IMG/VR virus record: IMGVR_UViG_3300048850_000156 | Coordinates: 1 to 52,811 of that record | Source of the DNA: a virus | Lineage: Duplodnaviria; Caudoviricetes | Direction: 5' to 3' (one strand) | Length of the DNA: 52,811 nt | Shown: piece after piece, positions 46,113-52,811 of the stretch | How positions within the stretch are numbered: the stretch's first letter is position 1 | How the letters are laid out: each line of letters begins with the position of its first letter | Notes under the pieces: generated by a model | What the model was told of the DNA's origin: nothing | The model's input: the letters and a program-made list of their open reading frames with translations, nothing else | Databases searched by the model: none | Made by a program: the position numbers and the translations under genes

Positions 46113-46994
46113 TTGCGGGTACTTCGGCGTTTATTGAGGAAATCAACAGCCGCGTCGAATCGGATTGCGTTTTTGCATATCCCGAAATCAGCAGGCACAT
46201 CTGTTTCACTGGGACTTGAAAACTCCAAATTTACTAAAAGTGCGTGGGGCCTGTTCGATGAGGTTCTGTTCGGTGAGTTCACCGATTTCGATAGTCTGGA
46301 CGACACGACCCGCAAGCGTTTGATTCATCTTCCTGGCGCTAGGATTGACCCTGAATGGCAAGCCGTCTCGGGTCATCTATCGCTACCCACGATCAACAAA
46401 ATATTCCCTCATCATCGGGTCTTCACTGTTTTGCGTGAACCGCGAACGCGCTTACTTTCGCTTTACCTGTTCTGGCGCGCGGTTGATAACATCGAGCGCA
46501 GGAAGTGGGGAACGCGAGCATCGCAATTGGACCTCGCAGCAGGGCCATTTGCGTCATTTCTCACGGCTAAGAAAGTCTCACCTCAGACGGACAACGTCAT
46601 CGTCAGAATGCTGCTGGGGAAGCATCCCCTCATCCCTCTCAACAATTTTATCGAGCCAGCCTCCGATACAAGACTGCTTCGCGAAACCAGAGCAGCCATT
46701 AGAAAAATTGGCCTTGTAGGTCTTACTGAAGACGTGAGACTCAACGACAAGATAGGCCGGTTCATTGGCTTCAGTTACGAGCTTCCACGACTAAACGTGA
46801 CTCAAAGTCCTGTTGGCCAGACCGTCGATATTACCAAGGAATTGAGCGTTGATGCCATGGAGGCGCTACTTGCGAGGTGCAGACTGGATCGACAGATTTG
46901 GCTTGATGTAGCCCGGTCGGTGTTCAAAAACCCAGCAGCAGTTGAGGAAACAACGTTCCTGAACTCTCTGTTCAAGCAGATCGCTCCGCGATAG
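46113..46994 (+). CDS. Sulfotransferase (Sulfotransfer_2-like)
   Basis: 5'-PSB FLHIPKSAGTS, SGH, 3'-PB TVLREPRTRLLSLY, VGLTE. Start codon uncertain. Confidence 0.82.
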   Translation: MRVLRRLLRKSTAASNRIAFLHIPKSAGTSVSLGLENSKFTKSAWGLFDEVLFGEFTDFDSLDDTTRKRLIHLPGARIDPEWQAVSGHLSLPTINKIFPHHRVFTVLREPRTRLLSLYLFWRAVDNIERRKWGTRASQLDLAAGPFASFLTAKKVSPQTDNVIVRMLLGKHPLIPLNNFIEPASDTRLLRETRAAIRKIGLVGLTEDVRLNDKIGRFIGFSYELPRLNVTQSPVGQTVDITKELSVDAMEALLARCRLDRQIWLDVARSVFKNPAAVEETTFLNSLFKQIAPR

Positions 46995-47229
46995 CTCAAC
47001 GGAAGCCAGTCTCTCCGACCCGCACTAAACCGTGACTCCGGACTAAGGTTCCGGCACCCGAATCCATAATTCACATCAAGGAAATGGCAAACCTGCGCAG
47101 ATAGCATTTAATAAGTCGGCCACCTTCAGGTGCGATGACGAGATGCTTCAGCAAGGAATTGCCGGGCAAGGCTTCAGCGCCGAGCAAGTCGATCAGTTCT
47201 GTAGTGCTTCGACGCTTTAGGAGGGTGAT

Positions 47230-49137
47230 TTAATTCAGAATGAGGTCCACAAGTCGGATACCATAATAGTTCGCCCCCTCTTGTGAGAGATGCAGCGTAT
47301 CGAAATGCATTGGCGCACCATTGGTCATTATGCGGCACTGTTGGTCCGGGCACATGTTGTTCAGAATTGAAACGTACCTCACCGACCCGTCTTTGAGATG
47401 GGAGGCCATAAAATCTTCGTGTGCGAACAAACCGGTTTCTAATTCAGATCCTGAGAGTGTTCCATCTAAACCATCCTTCAGACGCTCGGCAATGATTGTC
47501 GGAACGGCTCGTTTGAATCGAGGTGTTAGCCCGAACACAATGGTCTTTATATTGTTCTCCTGTAGAACTCTCAGTGCTCTGTCCAATCCGGCAATTTGAT
47601 TTTTCTCTTGGCTCCACACGGCGCCTAATACGAGTATGTCGGGCCGAACCTTTATGATTTCGGAGATGGCGAAATCATTGAATCTATTGCAATTCGGTCG
47701 TGAAGGGACATCGACCGATATGGTCGGAGCGCAACCAGAACTTGTAATTTGTCCAATTTGGTAGCCTCGTTCGTTAAGTGGTTTCTTTAAGCCAGAATAG
47801 AACTGCGCTATGCTGCTGTCACCCCAAAGCACCACGGTAGGGCGTCCCTTAGGAATGCAGGTGTCGGTGAGGTAGTTCTGTCCACTCTGCTCCGGGTTCA
47901 TGAAGCATGTTCCCATCTGGAACATATCTGTCGGGTCATATTTCAAGTAAGCCAACACCTGATTTATCTGACCGGTTATCCTACCAGGAAACCCTTGGGC
48001 CGTGATCGTACCCATGAATACCGAGACAAAGACCAGCAAAGAGGCGGCTGAGCCAACCAGTAACCGTCTTCTAGGAAGGATGTCTTGTCTTTGCCTCACT
48101 GGTTGTTCAACGTATCGATATGAAAGCCACGCAAGAGAAATCGACAGAGTCACGCCCACGATGAGATAGTTCCACCTGTTGGCATCGCTAAAGAGATTTT
48201 TACCAAACACGGCGATCGGCCAATGAATCAGATACAGAGAATATGAGATCGCACCTAGAAACGCCATCGGCTTAGATCCTAGAATTTTCAACGGTATGCT
48301 ATTGACCTTCTCGCCGCCCCAAATGACCAGAGCCGTTCCAACACATGGGACTAAAGCCGCAACGCCGGGAAAAGGCATTTTTTCTGATGTGAACAACATT
48401 CCGCCGATTATCAGACAAAGCCCCGTCGCGACGGCAAGATTGCTGACGCTGCGGTCAATCGGGAATCTAGTTTGCGGCAGGGCAAACCAGCTGCCGATCA
48501 GAAGTTCAAATGCTCGAAACGGCAAAAGATAGAAGGCCGCAGCTGGGTCTGTTCCGAGCATCAGTTCTGAGCTGACTATTGATACAACAATTAGCGAAGC
48601 GAGGATCCAACCCAAGTACTTCGGGAACCATTTATGAACCCCGATTACGAAAATGGGAAAAAGAAAATAGAACTGTTCTTCGACGCCAAGCGACCACAGA
48701 TGTAGCAAGGGAATCTGAGTGGCGGCAGGAGAGAAGTAGTCAGATGTCGCATAGAAATAGATGTTTCCAGAGAACAGCATGGCGGCGATCAGCGATTTTG
48801 AAAGCGCAACAAGTCCCTGTGGGAACAGAATAAAATATGCAAGTACTGCCGAAATACCCGACACAACGAAGAACGCCGGAAGGATGCGCCGCGCTCGCCT
48901 TTCGTAAAAATCGCCGAAAGAAAACTGGCCGAGGGTCACATCACGAAAGATCGACTTGGATATCAGGAAACCGGAGATAACGAAAAACACGTCGACTCCG
49001 ATGAACCCGCCCGGCAGTTCTGACAATCCAAAGTGGTAAAGCACAACCCCCATCACTGCGATGGCTCTTAGGCCATCGATATGAGAGCGATATCGGAGTT
49101 CATAGTGTTTGTGCTGATTTGTCGAAATCGCGCCCAT
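47230..49137 (-). CDS. OafA/OatA-like O-acyltransferase (AT3 + SGNH domain)
   Basis: YRSHIDGLRAIAV..V..YH, GGFIGVDVFFVISGFLI, FYERRARRILP, HLWSLGVEEQFY, ISYSLYLIHWP, WGDS, DTLH. Confidence 0.92.
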   Translation of the reverse strand: MGAISTNQHKHYELRYRSHIDGLRAIAVMGVVLYHFGLSELPGGFIGVDVFFVISGFLISKSIFRDVTLGQFSFGDFYERRARRILPAFFVVSGISAVLAYFILFPQGLVALSKSLIAAMLFSGNIYFYATSDYFSPAATQIPLLHLWSLGVEEQFYFLFPIFVIGVHKWFPKYLGWILASLIVVSIVSSELMLGTDPAAAFYLLPFRAFELLIGSWFALPQTRFPIDRSVSNLAVATGLCLIIGGMLFTSEKMPFPGVAALVPCVGTALVIWGGEKVNSIPLKILGSKPMAFLGAISYSLYLIHWPIAVFGKNLFSDANRWNYLIVGVTLSISLAWLSYRYVEQPVRQRQDILPRRRLLVGSAASLLVFVSVFMGTITAQGFPGRITGQINQVLAYLKYDPTDMFQMGTCFMNPEQSGQNYLTDTCIPKGRPTVVLWGDSSIAQFYSGLKKPLNERGYQIGQITSSGCAPTISVDVPSRPNCNRFNDFAISEIIKVRPDILVLGAVWSQEKNQIAGLDRALRVLQENNIKTIVFGLTPRFKRAVPTIIAERLKDGLDGTLSGSELETGLFAHEDFMASHLKDGSVRYVSILNNMCPDQQCRIMTNGAPMHFDTLHLSQEGANYYGIRLVDLILN

Positions 49138-49640
49138 AACGTCCCCAAGGTGATATCCATAACCCCTGTTTGCCCAGAGGCAGCAGGTATAAAGTAGCAA
49201 TTGACGGATCACTTGGTCCCCCCACTGTGAATCGCAGTCGAGCACTTCTAGCAGGCAACGCCAGCGATACACCACAGCCATAAGTAGCGAAATTACAACA
49301 GACCCCGGCCTACCGTACCGCAATTGGCAAGGGAGCGTTGATTGGATGCGAGCTGGACGGCTTTTTGAAGCCCGGCAGAGCGACCGGTGGATTCAGCACC
49401 GGGGTACGGCCGCACTCTGGAAAGATCACATAGAGCACCGCATACGACCGGTGGCGCTTCCGTCTCCATGACCCGGGAATCTAAGGCGACCGACCAACGA
49501 CACATCCAATCACGCCGAGTCTGCCACCAAAAGAGGCAAGTTGCTTCATAGCAATTCGTAGCGACTCGCCGAACGCGTGCAACCAAGCACCTTGCAACTG
49601 TCGCGAGAGTGTTCCGCCAACGCAGCTCAAGGAAGTCACA

Positions 49641-49862
49641 ATGAAACCCGTCCGTAACTGGCGCGCGGTGCTTCGCTATGCGTGGAGCATCCGCTTGATG
49701 CTGCTTGCCGGTCTGCTGTCCGGTGCAGAAGTCGTTCTGCCGCTGCTTGACGGCATTCTCCCAATCCCGCCGCGCCTGTTTGCTGTCCTGTCCTTCCTCA
49801 CGGTCGGCGGCGCGGTCTTCGCCCGGTTCATCGCACAGAAAGGCATCTCAGATGAAAAGTAG
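49641..49862 (+). CDS. Holin (2 TM)
   Basis: NWRAVLRYAWSIRL...ARFIAQKG; precedes the endolysin gene. Confidence 0.75.
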   Translation: MKPVRNWRAVLRYAWSIRLMLLAGLLSGAEVVLPLLDGILPIPPRLFAVLSFLTVGGAVFARFIAQKGISDEK

Positions 49863-50331
49863 AATACGAAATGCTCTGGTTGGCGTCACGGCCCTTGGTG
49901 CCGTCGCGGTGGGCTATGTCGGCGGCAAGGAAGGGCTCAGGCTCTACACCTATCCGGACATCATCGGTGTCTGGACCGGCTGCTATGGCGAGACCAAGGG
50001 CATGCACAAGGGCATGAAGTTCAGCAAGGGCCAGTGTGACTCCATGCTCGTCGATAGTCTGGTCGATCACGAAGCTGGCATGCGCAAGTGCCTGAAAAAT
50101 CCGGATGCCCTTCCCGACAAATCGTATCTCGCCTTTCTCTCGGGAACCTACAACATCGGGGTAGGGGCATTCTGCCGATCGAGCATGGCGCGCCTGGCGA
50201 ACGCCGGGGATATTCGCGGCGCCTGCAATGCGCTGATGCTCTACGTCAACGCGGGCGCAAAGAAGAATGTGCGTGGTCTGGTCCTTCGCCGGGCCGATGA
50301 AAGGGCGATGTGCCTGGAGGGGCTGAAATGA
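49852..50331 (+). CDS. GH24 lysozyme, probable SAR endolysin
   Basis: Gly/Ala-rich N-terminal helix, then EGLRLYTYPDIIGVWTGCYGET (E-X8-D-X5-T), YNIG, GLVLRR..E...CL. Confidence 0.9.
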   Translation: MKSRIRNALVGVTALGAVAVGYVGGKEGLRLYTYPDIIGVWTGCYGETKGMHKGMKFSKGQCDSMLVDSLVDHEAGMRKCLKNPDALPDKSYLAFLSGTYNIGVGAFCRSSMARLANAGDIRGACNALMLYVNAGAKKNVRGLVLRRADERAMCLEGLK

Positions 50332-50768
50332 CCGTCCTCGTTGCGGTTGTGCGCGCGCTTGGCGTTCCTCTGTGCGTCTTTCTCATTATGCTCGCATACT
50401 ACGAAGGCGTGCCGGTCCTTCGCGATATTCCTTTTGCCGATCGTGTCCCGGTTGTGCGTGAGCTCATCGCCGGCCGTGTTCCGTTGGAGAGGGCAAAGGC
50501 GGCCGATGCCGCTCGAGCGGGTTATGTGCTCGAAGCCGAAAAGACGGCTGCGGAAGCCAAAGCCGCAAAGATCGAGAGGGACCGCGCTGCGGCTCAAATC
50601 GTCATCGATGCCTACCACGTTCAATTGATGAACCGCCAAACACTCGACGCTCTGGAGAACGAACAGCATGAACAGGAGATCGCTGATTATGAAAAGAAGT
50701 TGTCGGCTGCTGGCCGTGCCTGTCATGTTACTGATGCTGACCGGAGCTTCCTGCTCAACCCTTCATGA
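50328..50768 (+). CDS. Rz-like inner-membrane spanin
   Basis: N-terminal TM plus coiled coil, after the endolysin gene. Confidence 0.65.
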   Translation: MTVLVAVVRALGVPLCVFLIMLAYYEGVPVLRDIPFADRVPVVRELIAGRVPLERAKAADAARAGYVLEAEKTAAEAKAAKIERDRAAAQIVIDAYHVQLMNRQTLDALENEQHEQEIADYEKKLSAAGRACHVTDADRSFLLNPS

Positions 50769-50991
50769 TCGGCTCGATAAAGCCGCCACGGCACGAGGGG
50801 AGTTGCAGGCCGGCCTCAATCTACCAGACTTGCCTGCGGATTGCCGCGTCATGGAGCCTCATGCTCCGGTTGTGGTGGGCGGTGAGGCTATCTCGGGATG
50901 GAAGCGTGAGCGTGCGGCGACCGATAGGGCCAACGCCCGCGTGGGACGCTGTGCAGGGTTTTACGACGCTGCAACGGGAAAGCTGCGATAA
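50689..50991 (+). CDS. Rz1-like outer-membrane lipoprotein spanin
   Basis: MKRSCRLLAVPVMLLMLTGASC lipoprotein signal; LPDLPADCR; overlaps the Rz 3' end. Confidence 0.65.
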   Translation: MKRSCRLLAVPVMLLMLTGASCSTLHDRLDKAATARGELQAGLNLPDLPADCRVMEPHAPVVVGGEAISGWKRERAATDRANARVGRCAGFYDAATGKLR

Positions 50992-51356
50992 TGGCCGCTA
51001 CGAGCCTCAATGATATCTACAAGGCCATAGGAACGCTTTCCGAACAGGTCACCAGCCTGCGCCGCGATATTGATGCCTCAGAGCGACGGGCGGGCGCTGA
51101 GAACAGAGAAGCCGACGAGAAGCGCGCCCAGGTTCACCGGCGGATGGACGAAATCATATCCGAGGTGGGAGTCATCAAAACTGACATCGCGATCATCAAG
51201 GATGACGTTGGTGACGCCAAGGCTGTCACCGATGACGTGAAGAAATGGAAACTGATGGGGATCGGTGCGCTCGGCGTCGTCGGGATAGGCGGCGCTGCAC
51301 TCGGTGTGACGCTTGCAAGTTCATTCGAATGGCTCGCCCGCTTTCTACACAAATGA
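50991..51356 (+). CDS. DUF1515-like coiled-coil/TM protein
   Basis: RAQVHRRMDE...VTDDVKKWKLMGIGALGVVGIGG. Confidence 0.7.
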   Translation: MAATSLNDIYKAIGTLSEQVTSLRRDIDASERRAGAENREADEKRAQVHRRMDEIISEVGVIKTDIAIIKDDVGDAKAVTDDVKKWKLMGIGALGVVGIGGAALGVTLASSFEWLARFLHK

Positions 51357-51360
51357 TATC

Positions 51361-51393
51361 GCCCGCAGCCGGTACTCAAGTTAGCGGGCTTTT
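51361..51393 (+). terminator. Terminator ending the late operon
   Basis: GCCCGC...GCGGGC-TTTT directly after the last phage gene. Confidence 0.55.
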
Positions 51394-51590
51394 GCGTTTC
51401 AGGGAGGACCTGAATTCCAGTTAGAATAGTTGGAACGTTGCTTATGCCTCGTCCGCTCCGCTGTTGCTACAATGCAACAACAAGCAAATCCTTTCGATTG
51501 CACGATCATGTGATGACAACCCTTGGTTGCTGTTGCGCATAGTTACTTAGTATTAGCAGCAGGGACTTTTCTCATCGGGTGGGGGCTAGC

Positions 51591-52811
51591 ATGAGCGGCA
51601 ACGCAGTAAACTATCAGAACAGCAGTAAAACTGCGCTCCTTGCGGGAGTATGCACTGCGGCGCTGGCAATAGCCTGCTCGTATGGTTCACCGGCTTCGGC
51701 CGCGACCTATTTCGTGACCAATGATGCGGAACTTCGCGCCGCAATCACGGCTGCAAACTCGGATCCAGATGCAAGTGCAACGATTACGCTGACGAACAGC
51801 TTCGTAGTGTCTGCCACGAATCTGCCGACCCCAAACAAGCCCATAACGATCGACACGCAAGGCTTCACTCTGTCAGGCGCTGATAACGCTGCGGGCGCCG
51901 GTTCTCAAATCGCTATTGGATTCGCCGGAGGCGTAAGGACGTTCGTCGGCACGCTGACCGGCGGCGATGCCGGAGCGGCGGTCAACGCCAGCGGCGGCAA
52001 TGGCCTGTCCATGACTTTTAGCGCCTCTGCAATCAACAACGGATCGATCACAGGCGGCACCGGCGGTGGAACAGGAGGCGCCGGCGGTACCGGCTCGCGA
52101 CTGTTGGGTGATACGAGTCTGGTCAACAACGGCACGATTACTGGCGGGACCGGCCTTGCTGGCAATGGCGGTATTGGTGCGAACCTCTTCATACGCTCGA
52201 CATTGATCAATAACGGCTTCATTCAGGGGGGTGACAGTCTGACGGCAGCAGGAGGCGCCGGCATCGATTTAGGCGGTTCTAACGGCAACAACACGCTGAT
52301 CAACAACGGCATGATCCGTGGCGGCTCCGGACTGGCTGTGGGGATAACCTCTGGTGTTGGCGTCCTCGTGCCAGTTGGAACCAACCCCCTCGTCAATACC
52401 GGAACGATTGAAGGCGGGGTTGGCGGACGCGCAATCGTGTACAATAGCAACAGCGGTAACCTCAACCTGACCAACAGCGGTACAATCCGCGCCGGCGCCG
52501 GGCAGGCAAACGCGATTGAATTTTCCATAGGGGGAACGGGCACTATCAACCTTGAGCTGCAGGCCGGATCGGTCATTGAGGGCAACGTGGTTGGAAACGC
52601 TACTGCTCTTACCGACACCCTGCGCCTCGGCGGGACGGTAGACGACACGTTCGACGTGTCGGCTATCGGCCCGCAATACCAGAATTTCGATATTTTTGAG
52701 AAGACCGGCGACAGCGCCTGGTATCTGACCGGCACAGGTACCGCTACGACTAACTGGGACATCCAGGACGGCGGCCTGGCTATCGGCGATGGCGGCACGA
52801 GCGGCAGCATC
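51591..52811 (+). CDS. Autotransporter/adhesin passenger domain, 5' part (probably host; runs off the window, absent from ORF track)
   Basis: Frame MSGNAVNYQNSSKTALLAGVCTAALAIAC...ASAATYFVTNDAELRAAI...; Gly-rich INNGSITGG repeats; QYQNFDIFEKTGDSAWYLTG. Confidence 0.8.
   Translation, partial: MSGNAVNYQNSSKTALLAGVCTAALAIACSYGSPASAATYFVTNDAELRAAITAANSDPDASATITLTNSFVVSATNLPTPNKPITIDTQGFTLSGADNAAGAGSQIAIGFAGGVRTFVGTLTGGDAGAAVNASGGNGLSMTFSASAINNGSITGGTGGGTGGAGGTGSRLLGDTSLVNNGTITGGTGLAGNGGIGANLFIRSTLINNGFIQGGDSLTAAGGAGIDLGGSNGNNTLINNGMIRGGSGLAVGITSGVGVLVPVGTNPLVNTGTIEGGVGGRAIVYNSNSGNLNLTNSGTIRAGAGQANAIEFSIGGTGTINLELQAGSVIEGNVVGNATALTDTLRLGGTVDDTFDVSAIGPQYQNFDIFEKTGDSAWYLTGTGTATTNWDIQDGGLAIGDGGTSGSI

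Larger units (their letters stand above)
1..51436. mobile_element. Temperate siphovirus-type prophage, apparently near-complete
   Basis: Continuous lambdoid gene order from integrase to lysis cassette; terminal terminator at 51361-51393 followed by a non-phage autotransporter gene. Exact ends (att) not visible. Confidence 0.93.

Noticed and set aside
46995-47229. Possible gene remnant between the sulfotransferase and acyltransferase
   Set aside because: Only short open stretches with no recognisable motif.
51905-52810. Pro-rich minus-strand ORFs
   Set aside because: Shadows of the Gly-rich + strand autotransporter frame.
1-52811. CRISPR array or IS element
   Set aside because: No regularly spaced repeat array, cas gene or transposase seen; the tRNA-like repeat has only two copies.

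Overview
The window is essentially one lambdoid-organised temperate siphovirus-type prophage (about 1-51.4 kb) in an alphaproteobacterial host, probably Rhizobiaceae-like (inferred from the GAAC-N7-GAAC SOS box, GGAAC-N18/19-TT promoters, GapR and DUF3606). It is followed by the 5' part of a probable host autotransporter gene. Gene order: integrase/excisionase; leftward early operon (HNH, RecT-like); immunity region (cI/cro with four TATGC-N5-GCATA operators); GapR-domain protein; C5 and MT-A70 methyltransferases; replication genes; NusG-like antiterminator; a 3.7 kb accessory island; terminase, portal, head and tail genes; tail fibre; a four-enzyme surface-glycan modification cassette; and lysis genes. 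The most notable items are: (i) the GT-C + GT4 + sulfotransferase + AT3/SGNH O-acyltransferase cassette beside a compositionally distinct tail-fibre tip; (ii) an aac(3)-I-like gene bracketed by two degenerate tRNA-fMet copies; (iii) two unannotated, related anti-Shine-Dalgarno sRNA candidates, each with its own promoter and terminator; (iv) a host-LexA-box-controlled zinc-ribbon gene converging on cI; and (v) a C5 methyltransferase with eight tandem TRD-like repeats. All family calls come from motif recognition by eye, with no database searches. The att sites could not be identified.
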